Source of the DNA: Actinomycetales bacterium
GTDB taxonomy: Bacteria > Actinomycetota > Actinomycetes > Actinomycetales > Microbacteriaceae
Length of the DNA: 64,000 bases
Direction: 5' to 3'
Assembly (NCBI GenBank): GCA_028868975.1
Contig: JAGWTM010000001.1
Coordinates: 4,301 to 68,300 of the forward strand
Part shown: in pieces, positions 34,434-43,077 of the stretch
How the letters are laid out: each line of letters begins with the position of its first letter
Numbering within the stretch: the stretch's first letter is position 1
The notes under the pieces: model-generated
What the model saw: the letters and a program-made list of their open reading frames with translations, nothing else
What the model was told of the DNA's origin: nothing
The model's database searches: none
Translations under genes and position numbers: made by a program

Positions 34434-35483
34434 CTAGTGCGCCGTTGCCGGGATCGACTTTCGGCTGACGCGCTTGCGGAACACCCAATAGGTCCAGGTC
34501 TGATAGGCCAAAACCAGTGGGATCATGATGGCCGCCACCCAGGTCATTACACCGAGCGTGTAATCGCTCGATCGAGCGTTATCGACCGTAAGGCTAGCCA
34601 CGCCGCCATCGATGTTCGAGGGCAGCACGTTTGGGAACAGACCGGCAAATAGCGCTCCAACCGCAGTGATGATAGTCACCACAATGAGGCTAAATGCGAC
34701 TCCCTCGCGACCCTTCAAGTTCATCCATAGAGCAGCAATTAGGGTGAGTGCCGCCACGGCGGTTAGGCCGAGCTCGAGCACAAACAATGGAGCCGCTAGG
34801 TGGGTGAACAGGGTCCAAACCAGGAAGGTTGCTGCCAAGACAGTGCACGCGAGACCAACCCTGGTGGCCAGCTTGCGGGCACGATCCTTGATCTCACCAT
34901 CGGTCTTCAAAGCAATGAAGAGCAGACCGTGAGTCCAGAACAGGCTCAAGGTAACCAGACCCCCCAGCAAGCCGTATGGGTTGAGCAGGGTGAACAGGTT
35001 TCCGGTGTAGAGAGTGCTGTTGGTCGCCGAATCGTGAACGAGTGGAACGCCTTGAACGATGTTTGCGAACGCAACACCCCAGAGCAGCGCGGGTAGCGCC
35101 GAACCGATGAAGATCATCCAGTCGAAGGTTGCCTTCCAGCGAGCCTCGTTTGCACCGATAGTGTGACCCTTGCCGCGGTATTCGAACGCTACGCCTCGAG
35201 CAATCAGGGCCAGGAGTATCAACAACAGCGGCAAGTAGAAACCGCTGAAGAGGGTCGCATACCACTCTGGGAATGCCGCAAAAAGGCTTGCGCCGGCAAC
35301 CAGCACCCAAGTCTCGTTGAGGTCCCAAACCGGACCGATGGTGTTGATCAAGACTCGTCGGTCTACGTCATCCTTGCCAAGGAATGGCAGCGAAATGCCG
35401 ACACCGAAGTCAAAGCCATCGAGCACAAAGTAACCGATAAACAAGAAGCCGACGATTAGGAACCAAAGTTCGTTCAGTTGCAT
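34434..35483 (-). CDS. cydB: cytochrome bd ubiquinol/menaquinol oxidase subunit II
   Basis: 349-aa polytopic protein with an N-terminal FLFIGYFVLDGFDFGVG motif. Confidence 0.9.
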   Translation of the reverse strand: MQLNELWFLIVGFLFIGYFVLDGFDFGVGISLPFLGKDDVDRRVLINTIGPVWDLNETWVLVAGASLFAAFPEWYATLFSGFYLPLLLILLALIARGVAFEYRGKGHTIGANEARWKATFDWMIFIGSALPALLWGVAFANIVQGVPLVHDSATNSTLYTGNLFTLLNPYGLLGGLVTLSLFWTHGLLFIALKTDGEIKDRARKLATRVGLACTVLAATFLVWTLFTHLAAPLFVLELGLTAVAALTLIAALWMNLKGREGVAFSLIVVTIITAVGALFAGLFPNVLPSNIDGGVASLTVDNARSSDYTLGVMTWVAAIMIPLVLAYQTWTYWVFRKRVSRKSIPATAH

Positions 35484-35503
35484 TTTTCTTATCTCCTAGG
35501 TTC

Positions 35504-36931
35504 TCAGTAAGCGACCGGTAGCAGCTCGGACTTTTCGTCGTGAGCTTCTTCTTCAACTGGACCAGCCTTGACGGCGGCAAGCAGCAGCTTGAATTCGACG
35601 ACGGCGAGCACGGCATAAATGGCGGTGAAGGCGATGAGCGATATCAAAACGTCCACACCATTGATGCCTGGTGATACTCCAGCGGCGGTGGGCATAAGTC
35701 TGAATACCAGCCATGGTTGGCGTCCCATTTCGGTGAACATCCAGCCAACCGAGATTGCCAGCAGCGGCATAATCGAGGCCCAGATTGCGACATTCCAGGT
35801 CCAGTTAGGCAGGTTGATTTTGCCCTTACGAGTTAGCCATAGTCCAACAACGGCAACCATGGCGGTAGCAACTCCAAGCCCTATCATCCAGCGGAATGCC
35901 CAGTAGGTAATCCAAAGGGTTGGCATGAAGTCGGTTACACCAGTCGCAGCACCATACGTTTGGACGTACTGCGCGTTCAAGTCGCGAAGACCTTCGACCT
36001 CACCGTCCCAGGTGTGGGTCGATAGGAACGACAGCAGGTTTGGAATGCGAATCGAGAACAGTTCGCTCTTGCCATCGGGGGTGCCCCAGGTGAACAGCGA
36101 GAAGGAAGCGTTGTTCGTGGTGTTGTACAGCGCCTCTGCCGCTGCCATCTTCATTGGCTGAGTCTTAACCATGGCCAGGCCGAGTCCGTCACCCGAAAGC
36201 ACTGTTCCGGCACCACCGATCAAAGTGGTCCACAACCCAAATCGCAGAGATGGATACATGCTTGCGACGTGCTGGTTGCGCTTTAGGTGATATGCGGCAA
36301 CGGCGGTCATCACGGCACCGGCAAACATGATGGACGCAGTTATGGTGTGTGGGAATTGGTTGAGGGCAACGATGTTGGTTAGGACTGCGCCAATGTCAAC
36401 TAGCTCGGCACGGTTTTTGGCCTCGTTCATCTCGAAACCGACGGGGTTCTGCATAAACGAGTTCGCAGCGAGGATGAAGTACGCGGACAGCCAAACACCG
36501 AGGACCGTCATCCAGATGGTTGCTAGGTGCACCTTCTTAGGCAGGCGGTTCCAACCAAAAATCCACAGACCGATGAAAGTTGCTTCAAAGAAAAACGCGA
36601 GCAGACCTTCCATCGCAAGCGGGGCGCCGAAGATATCTCCTACAAAGCGCGAGTAGTCAGACCAGTTCATGCCGAACTGAAATTCCTGAACGATACCGGT
36701 GACCACGCCCATGGCGAAGTTGATCAGGAAGATCTTGCCGAACAGTTTGGTCATCTTTAGGAATTTGTCCTCGCCGGTGCGAACCCAGGCGGTCTGCATC
36801 AGTGCAACTAAAAGCACCATTCCGATGGTGAGCGGAACAAATAAGAAGTGATAAATGGTGGTTAGACCAAACTGCCAGCGCGATAGGTCAAGAGCGCTGA
36901 GTTCGGTTAGCACTGCGGATGTGCCGTGCAT
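35504..36931 (-). CDS. cydA: cytochrome bd oxidase subunit I
   Basis: Motifs LDLSRWQFGLTTIYHFLFVPLTIG and GWMFTEMGRQPW. I chose the ATG at 36931 (GAGGA SD); the track TTG lies 4 codons upstream. Confidence 0.9.
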   Translation of the reverse strand: MHGTSAVLTELSALDLSRWQFGLTTIYHFLFVPLTIGMVLLVALMQTAWVRTGEDKFLKMTKLFGKIFLINFAMGVVTGIVQEFQFGMNWSDYSRFVGDIFGAPLAMEGLLAFFFEATFIGLWIFGWNRLPKKVHLATIWMTVLGVWLSAYFILAANSFMQNPVGFEMNEAKNRAELVDIGAVLTNIVALNQFPHTITASIMFAGAVMTAVAAYHLKRNQHVASMYPSLRFGLWTTLIGGAGTVLSGDGLGLAMVKTQPMKMAAAEALYNTTNNASFSLFTWGTPDGKSELFSIRIPNLLSFLSTHTWDGEVEGLRDLNAQYVQTYGAATGVTDFMPTLWITYWAFRWMIGLGVATAMVAVVGLWLTRKGKINLPNWTWNVAIWASIMPLLAISVGWMFTEMGRQPWLVFRLMPTAAGVSPGINGVDVLISLIAFTAIYAVLAVVEFKLLLAAVKAGPVEEEAHDEKSELLPVAY

Positions 36932-37115
36932 TTCGATCCTCAATTCTGGAGATTTTTAGTCCTCCAAAATTCATTTGTATCCTAACGACTTTGGATCTTC
37001 CAGTAAGGTTTGCCTAATTTTAGAAGTTTTTTCTATTTGTTTTTTCTGGCTTTACCCGCAACCGAGGCTTCGGGGCGGGCCCCTCTTGACTACGCAGCAT
37101 GCGAAGATTGACGAT

Positions 37116-37844
37116 GTGAACCAACTTCTTGATTGGCTACTAAACACCGTTCAGAGTGTTGACCCGCTTTTGCGTGCGGTTTTGGCTGGTCTTGCGATTT
37201 TGGCCGAAACCAGCCTGTTTGTCGGGCTTATCATGCCCGGCGATACCGTGGTTTTGGTGGCGGCAACCGGCGTGCAACCCGGTGACATTCCCGGTTTTCT
37301 CATTCTTCTGGGATTTGTTTTGATCGGTTCACTTATCGGCGAAACCGCCGGTTTTTTTATCGGACGCCTATTCGGCGAGCGCATCCGAGCGAGCAGGCTA
37401 GGTCAACGCATTGGCGAAAAGAATTGGCAAATGGCCGACGCCTTTATCGACTCGCGTGGCGGTTTGGCAGTTGCTATTTCGCGTTTTCTGCCGGTTCTTC
37501 ACTCGCTGGTTCCGGTCACCGCGGGCATGTCGCGCATGGCCTATCGCAAATTCATTTCTTGGACCTTTTCGGCCTGCCTGATTTGGGCCACCGCGTATGT
37601 CGGGGTCGGCGCTCTTGCGCACAGCGCCTATGACCAGCTCGCCGGCAAGCTCAAATGGGCCGGCCTCGTCTTTGTGGCGATCATCCTGATTTTCGCGATT
37701 ATCGTTCACTTCGGAAAAAAGCGTCTCGAAGCCCAGGCAGCCAGCATGATTGCCGAGACAGAGGCAGCAGCTCCAAAGAAAGACTCGGCTATCGAGATCA
37801 GCTCAGAGTTGCCGGTTGAACCGATGAATCGAGACCAGCTCTAG
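37116..37844 (+). CDS. DedA-family membrane protein
   Basis: DedA/SNARE-associated motifs (GLIMPGDTVV, GETAGFFIGRLFG, SRFLPVLHSLVPVTAGMS). The start is uncertain, either GTG at 37116 or TTG at 37086. The track start at 36975 would place coding sequence in the AT-rich intergenic region. Confidence 0.75.
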   Translation: MNQLLDWLLNTVQSVDPLLRAVLAGLAILAETSLFVGLIMPGDTVVLVAATGVQPGDIPGFLILLGFVLIGSLIGETAGFFIGRLFGERIRASRLGQRIGEKNWQMADAFIDSRGGLAVAISRFLPVLHSLVPVTAGMSRMAYRKFISWTFSACLIWATAYVGVGALAHSAYDQLAGKLKWAGLVFVAIILIFAIIVHFGKKRLEAQAASMIAETEAAAPKKDSAIEISSELPVEPMNRDQL

Positions 37845-38581
37845 TGTGTGGCCGGTTCGTTGTTGCCAAGTCGGTCGGCGAAATCCTGACCATTTTTGAA
37901 GCGGATGAGATTATCGGCGAGCAACCGGGCATCTCGTTCAACGTTGCTCCAACGCAACGGATTAGCATCATCGTCGATCGATCCTTCGAAAAAGCACCCG
38001 ATGGTTCACCTCTGGGTGAACTTCACCGCGAAATCCATGCCGCCCGCTGGGGCTTGGTGCCTCGCTGGAGCAAGGAAGGTCCGGCCTCTGGAGCTCCTCT
38101 GGTCAATGGCCGTATCGAAACGATCCTTGAAAAACCGTCCTTCAAAGATTCGGTGATTCGTCGTCGCTGCGTGATTCCGGCTTCGGGTTACTACGAATGG
38201 CAGGTCGATGCCGATGGTAATAAGCAGCCGTTTTACATCAACGCTGGCAGCGATGGCATGTTCGCGCTTGCCGGGCTGTACGAATGGTGGCGCGACCCGA
38301 CCAAGGCCGAGAACGATCCGACTCGCTGGCTGCTTTCGGCGACCACCCTCACTAAAGACTCAGCCCCCGAACTCGCTCACATCCATGACCGCAATCCGGT
38401 GCTCTTGACTCCCGATTCGCTGGAGGCATGGATTGACCCTCACATCGAAGGCGATCAAGACCTGTTGGATGCGGTTGCCGCCGAATCGAACGTTGTTGCC
38501 GCGGAGGCGGAATTCTTCAAAGTGGGGCCTGCCGTTGGTCAGGTTCGCAACAATTCCCCCGAGCTAATCCTCCCTCTCTAA
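37844..38581 (+). CDS. SOS response-associated peptidase (SRAP/YedK family, abasic-site DNA-protein crosslink former)
   Basis: 245-aa ORF with the hallmark N-terminus M-CGRF (catalytic Cys2) and an ASGYYEW motif. The GTG start overlaps the dedA stop by 1 nt. Confidence 0.85.
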   Translation: MCGRFVVAKSVGEILTIFEADEIIGEQPGISFNVAPTQRISIIVDRSFEKAPDGSPLGELHREIHAARWGLVPRWSKEGPASGAPLVNGRIETILEKPSFKDSVIRRRCVIPASGYYEWQVDADGNKQPFYINAGSDGMFALAGLYEWWRDPTKAENDPTRWLLSATTLTKDSAPELAHIHDRNPVLLTPDSLEAWIDPHIEGDQDLLDAVAAESNVVAAEAEFFKVGPAVGQVRNNSPELILPL

Positions 38582-38596
38582 AAATTCCACTTGAAA

Positions 38597-38618
38597 TGTC
38601 GGACCCCCTTCATACACT
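38597..38618 (+). promoter_or_regulatory. candidate PafBC/RecA-NDp-type promoter
   Basis: TGTCGGAC-N8-TACACT compared with the reported motif tTGTCRgtg-N8-TAnnnT. The spacing is exact but the last two bases of the upstream box differ. Confidence 0.35.
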
Positions 38619-38626
38619 TCTAGTGT

Positions 38627-38642
38627 TCGAACAAATGTTTGA
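38627..38642 (+). promoter_or_regulatory. LexA (SOS/Cheo-type) box
   Basis: TCGAAC-AAAT-GTTTGA differs from the actinobacterial consensus TCGAAC-N4-GTTCGA at one position. It lies 8 nt downstream of the TACACT hexamer and about 80 nt upstream of the small ORF-dnaE2 operon. Confidence 0.7.
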
Positions 38643-38721
38643 ATAACCCTTTACTTTAGGTTTAGGGTTTGGGTTTCGGTTGGCTGTTTTACAGCCTCCC
38701 GCTTGCGCATGGGGTGCAGAG

Positions 38722-39024
38722 ATGAGAGTCGATGAGACGGTATTCGTTTCAACCAATAAAGGTGGCGAACCGGTCGGATTCAATTGGCGTGGCATTGCAT
38801 ACCTAGTCAAAGCGCGACCGATGCGCTGGTTCGCCCGCCGAGAGTGGTGGGTTGAAGCCAGTCGAGTGCAGCGCGGTGTTGGTGCAAGCCTGGTTGAGGT
38901 TGAAATGTGGAGGCTGCAGGCTGGTCGAGCCAGTGGCACGCTCGACAGCAACGAAGCTGCCCAGTTCGAACTGACCCGCAGCGAAGATGACAACGTCTGG
39001 CGATTAGTGCGAGTTTGGCGATAG
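38722..39024 (+). CDS. small Trp/Arg-rich protein co-transcribed with DnaE2 (possibly DUF6504-like)
   Basis: 100 aa from the ATG at 38722 (GGGGTG SD-like). The sequence is MRVDETVFVSTNKGGEPVGFNWRGIAYLVKARPMRWFARREWW...VEMWRLQA...NVWRLVRVWR. Its stop lies 4 nt before the dnaE2 ATG. The family assignment is from memory only. Confidence 0.55.
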   Translation: MRVDETVFVSTNKGGEPVGFNWRGIAYLVKARPMRWFARREWWVEASRVQRGVGASLVEVEMWRLQAGRASGTLDSNEAAQFELTRSEDDNVWRLVRVWR

Positions 39025-39028
39025 TCAA

Positions 39029-42000
39029 ATGACTGGCTTCACCCATCTTCACGTTGCTTCGGCCTACTCGGGTCATTACGGGGTAACGCGACCCGAATTA
39101 TTAGCCGAAGCGGCTCGAGCTCAAGGCGCTACAGCTCTAGCGGTTACCGATCGCGACGGACTCTATGGCGCGGTCAAGCACATCGGCGCCTGCTTGCAAC
39201 TCGGCATCTCTCCTATCGTGGGAGTCGAATTGCTCGTGGTTGACGAACACACCTCGATTTCAAACCGCATCAACCACACTGAGCGAGCTCGCGTAGCGAT
39301 CCTCGCTCACGGCAGCGCATCCTCATCAAGAAATCAGGTGCAACCAGGTTTCGGGTGGTCAAAACTTTGCGCGATTGTTTCGGCCGCTCAATCGATTCGC
39401 GGCGGCTTCAAGAGCTCCTCCAGCAAACGTGAGAACCCGGTTGCGATTAGAGCTAGCGAACTTGGCAAGCTGCTCGAGGACGGTGGCTGCACGGTTTTGT
39501 TAGGCAGCGATAGCGATCTGGGCCGCGCGGTGGCCGACGGTGACCGCACCTTGGCCGAAGCGGCCCTGCTCAGTTGGAAAAACCTGCTACCAAAGCCAGG
39601 TGTTTTAGCTGTCGAGGCGGTCAGTCATCTGACCGAACCGGGCAGCGATCGATCAACACTGCACGCCCGCAGAATGCTCCAGTTAGCCGATGAGCTAAAG
39701 GTTCCGGTGGTGTTGACCAACGCGGTGCGATACCTTTCGCCCGATGATGCGCTCACCGCCGATGTGCTTGATTCGGCTCGGTTCCTAGAACCGCTGGGCA
39801 TGTTTCAACCTCAGCCCAATGCCCAGGCTTGGCTCAAACCGCCAATCGAAATGCAGCGACTAGCGCTAGAAATCACCGACGATCACTCTCGCGCGCTGAA
39901 GTTAATTGAAACTACCGAGAAATTAGCCGATCGTTGCCGGTTGGAACCAACCAGGGACTGCGACTGGGGTAAGCCAAAAACCCCAGAAAAGGCCTCGCTT
40001 GGAATCGAGGGAAATCCCTTTGAGGTGCTCTGGAAAAAGGCCCAGGCTGGCATTGACTGGCGTTACGGTCACATTGAGGGTGAAGCTCTGGCGCGAGTTC
40101 AACATCGGCTTAGCCAGGAACTAATCACCATCAACAAACTGGGATTCGCGACCTACTTTCTGACGGTCGCCGACGTGGCCCAGATGATTCGCGACATGCG
40201 CATACGCATCGCGGCACGCGGTTCCGGAGCGGGTTCGTTGGTGAATTACCTTTTGGGCATCAGCGGAGTTGATCCGATTGAGCACGACCTGCTGTTTGAA
40301 CGTTTCCTGAGCACCGAGCGCACAAGTTTGCCCGACATTGACATCGATGTTGAGTCGGCACGTCGGCATGACATTTATCGAGCTATTTTCAAGCGTTACG
40401 GAAGCAATCGGGTGACGCTGCTATCCATGCAGAGCACCTATCGAGGTCGCGGAGCGATGCGCGATTCGGGCCTGGCCCTCGGCCTCGATGATGAGCAAAT
40501 CGATGAAATCGCTAAAAACATGTGGCGGTTTAGCGCGCGGAGTTTCAGAGGTGCGCTCGAAACGAAACCCGAACTCGCACGGTTTGCTGAAGAAGTCGAA
40601 CGGGATCGCCGCATGAACCTGCTGGTCGACATCACCGAACGTTTGGACCGACTCCCCCGACACATTTCGATGCACCCTTGCGGAGTGATTCTGGGCGATT
40701 CCAACCTGCTCAACCTAACCCCGGTCGAACCGAGCGGTATGGGTTTGCCGATGAGCCAGTTCGACAAAGACGACATGGATCCGATGGGGTTCCTAAAGCT
40801 CGATGTGCTAGGCGTTCGCATGCAGAGCAGCATGGCGTATGCGGTAGCCGAAATTGAACGTGTTCACGGCAAGAGCCTTGATCTCGATCGCATCCCCAAA
40901 GATGACGAAGCGACTTTTGAAGCCATTCGAACCACCAACACTCTCGGCATTTTTCAGATTGAAAGCCCGGGGCAACGGGAATTGACCGGCAAACACCAGC
41001 CAACCGAATTCAACGATCTGACCATCCAAATCTCGCTGTTTCGGCCGGGCCCGATGAAGGGCAACATGATTGCCCCGTATCTCGACGGGCGACAGGGCTT
41101 TGCCACCCCGCACTACATTCACCCAGACTTGAAACCGATTCTTCAAGAAACCTTTGGCGTGGTGATTTTTCACGAACATGTTTTGCGCATCTTGAACGTA
41201 ATGACCGGTTGCACCCTAGCCAAGGCCGATGAACTGCGAAGGAACCTTGAAAAGCCGAGAGTGGCTCCCCTGGTGCAGAAATTCTTTAGAGAGAAAGCCG
41301 CCGAGCGGGGTTATTCAAAATTGGTAATCAACGAGGTCTGGTCAATCCTCGAGGGTTTCGGCAGTTTTGGTTTCTGTAAGGCTCATGGCGCCGCCTTTGC
41401 CTTACCCACCTATCAGAGCGCTTGGTTGAAAACTCACTATCCGACCGAATTCCTGGCTGGACTCTTCACGCACGACCCGGGGATGTATCCACGTCGACTG
41501 CTGCTTGCTGAAGCACGACGTCTCGGAGTGAGAATTTTGCCAATCGACGTCAATAAGTCGACCCGCGAATATCGGGTTGAAAAGGTAGCGCCACTGACTA
41601 GCAATCCGAACGAACCAAAGATTGCAATTCGCATGGCGCTGAACGAAATTCAAGGCGTTAGCGAAGCCGAACTGGACCGAATCGTCAATGAGCAACCGTT
41701 CGAAACAATCACCGATTTCTACCACCGCGCCAAGCCGTCGAGACGCACTCTTGAACGTTTAGCGCTGATTGGAGCTCTCGATGAAGTGGCAAAACAGACC
41801 GGTGAGCACACTCGCGGCGACATCATGGCCCGAGTTAGACAGCTCAACGCAATTAAGAACAGGCCAATTGCCGATTTAGGGCAACCGATGCTCGATTTCT
41901 CAGCTTTCAATGCAATTGCACTCGAACAGATGCCGACCGGAAACGCTGAAATGACTGAGATTGAGCGAGTTGAGCACGAACTTGCGTTCACTCACATGGA

Positions 42001-42400
42001 CATCACTCAACATCAACTAGAAATGTATCGCCCGATGCTGGACGAGATGGGTGTGGTGTTCAGCGATGAGCTGGTAGGACTCCGCAACAAGTCAGACGTG
42101 CTGGTCGCCGGGGTTAGGGTGGCGACCCAGACTCCGCCGATGCGCTCGGGCAAACGAGTGGTCTTCATAAGCCTGGATGATGGTCATGGCTGCAGCGACA
42201 GCACCTTTTTCGATGAAGCCCAGCAACGCTGCAGTCACATACTTTTCAACACCCGACTATTGGTCATTGGCGGTAAAACCAGACGCACCGGCATCAAAGG
42301 TGTTTCGATCATGGCGGAAAACGCCTGGGATATTCGCGATTTGTGGCGCCAATGGGTCGCCAAACAGGGCACGCAACCGCAGCTGGCAGAAACCGGTTAA
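39029..42400 (+). CDS. dnaE2: error-prone DNA polymerase III alpha-type subunit DnaE2
   Basis: 1123-aa ORF with an N-terminal PHP domain (FTHLHVASAYSGHYG), a pol III alpha core (PDIDIDVES, GIFQIESPGQR, SLFRPGP) and a C-terminal OB region. The LexA box upstream and the SAYS-type PHP motif favour DnaE2 over the replicative DnaE1. Confidence 0.85.
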   Translation: MTGFTHLHVASAYSGHYGVTRPELLAEAARAQGATALAVTDRDGLYGAVKHIGACLQLGISPIVGVELLVVDEHTSISNRINHTERARVAILAHGSASSSRNQVQPGFGWSKLCAIVSAAQSIRGGFKSSSSKRENPVAIRASELGKLLEDGGCTVLLGSDSDLGRAVADGDRTLAEAALLSWKNLLPKPGVLAVEAVSHLTEPGSDRSTLHARRMLQLADELKVPVVLTNAVRYLSPDDALTADVLDSARFLEPLGMFQPQPNAQAWLKPPIEMQRLALEITDDHSRALKLIETTEKLADRCRLEPTRDCDWGKPKTPEKASLGIEGNPFEVLWKKAQAGIDWRYGHIEGEALARVQHRLSQELITINKLGFATYFLTVADVAQMIRDMRIRIAARGSGAGSLVNYLLGISGVDPIEHDLLFERFLSTERTSLPDIDIDVESARRHDIYRAIFKRYGSNRVTLLSMQSTYRGRGAMRDSGLALGLDDEQIDEIAKNMWRFSARSFRGALETKPELARFAEEVERDRRMNLLVDITERLDRLPRHISMHPCGVILGDSNLLNLTPVEPSGMGLPMSQFDKDDMDPMGFLKLDVLGVRMQSSMAYAVAEIERVHGKSLDLDRIPKDDEATFEAIRTTNTLGIFQIESPGQRELTGKHQPTEFNDLTIQISLFRPGPMKGNMIAPYLDGRQGFATPHYIHPDLKPILQETFGVVIFHEHVLRILNVMTGCTLAKADELRRNLEKPRVAPLVQKFFREKAAERGYSKLVINEVWSILEGFGSFGFCKAHGAAFALPTYQSAWLKTHYPTEFLAGLFTHDPGMYPRRLLLAEARRLGVRILPIDVNKSTREYRVEKVAPLTSNPNEPKIAIRMALNEIQGVSEAELDRIVNEQPFETITDFYHRAKPSRRTLERLALIGALDEVAKQTGEHTRGDIMARVRQLNAIKNRPIADLGQPMLDFSAFNAIALEQMPTGNAEMTEIERVEHELAFTHMDITQHQLEMYRPMLDEMGVVFSDELVGLRNKSDVLVAGVRVATQTPPMRSGKRVVFISLDDGHGCSDSTFFDEAQQRCSHILFNTRLLVIGGKTRRTGIKGVSIMAENAWDIRDLWRQWVAKQGTQPQLAETG

Positions 42401-43068
42401 CCCAAGTCGACTAACTGCGCCGCGATCTCTCGAACGTGTTCGTGGCTGATCGTATGCCCACCGCCGTGGAGCATCAACTGAACCCGCGCACCCAGACATT
42501 CAAACTCATCCACCATGGCATCGGTTTTGTCGGCGGGTGAGTACGAATCGAGGGCACCGTTGCAGATCCAGACCTGTCTTCCCGAAAGATCCGGCTTGAC
42601 CGGGGTTTCCACAAAACTTTTTGTCGTGCCAAACGCAATGACGCCCCGAAAGAGTTCGGGGTGAAGGAGCAATAGAGCGCCTGCCGCGTTTGCCCCGTTC
42701 GAAAAACCCGCCACCCAAAGATTGCCGAGGTCGAATCCGTATTGCTGCGCTGCCGCAACCGTAAAGCCAGCAAGCTGATTGACAGCAGCGACAATGCCCG
42801 GTTCATCGAAAGTGCCGTCGGTGTTGCGCATAAACCAGCGAATCATGCCATCGCCCTGCGGCGGCTGAGGAGCCCTGACCTGGCCTCTGGGTGAAAGTAA
42901 ATTCGCCTGTGGATCAAGAGCGCGACCGAGACTGAGTAGGTCGAACTCGTCAGCGCCGGTGCCGTGCAAGAGCAAAATGGTTCGTGCGCGACCAGGCTCA
43001 GCGGATGCGCTTGGCCGCCAAACGTGCGGCAGAGAGAGAACTTGGTTTGCCTCAGCAGCATTGCTCAC
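42397..43068 (-). CDS. alpha/beta hydrolase (phospholipase/carboxylesterase family)
   Basis: 223-aa ORF with LLLHGTGADE, the nucleophile elbow GFSNGA, and a C-terminal HGGGHTI. Confidence 0.75.
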   Translation of the reverse strand: MSNAAEANQVLSLPHVWRPSASAEPGRARTILLLHGTGADEFDLLSLGRALDPQANLLSPRGQVRAPQPPQGDGMIRWFMRNTDGTFDEPGIVAAVNQLAGFTVAAAQQYGFDLGNLWVAGFSNGANAAGALLLLHPELFRGVIAFGTTKSFVETPVKPDLSGRQVWICNGALDSYSPADKTDAMVDEFECLGARVQLMLHGGGHTISHEHVREIAAQLVDLG

Positions 43069-43077
43069 GAGAAACCC

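Noticed and set aside
36944-37115. Rex operator (TTGTGAA-N4-TTCACAA) upstream of cydA
   Set aside because: I searched by eye on both strands and found no match better than isolated half-site fragments.
38655-38685. Telomere-like TTTAGGG repeat as evidence of a linear-replicon end or eukaryotic contamination
   Set aside because: There are only about three degenerate units, embedded between a LexA box and a bacterial operon. It is kept only as a possible G-tract regulatory element.
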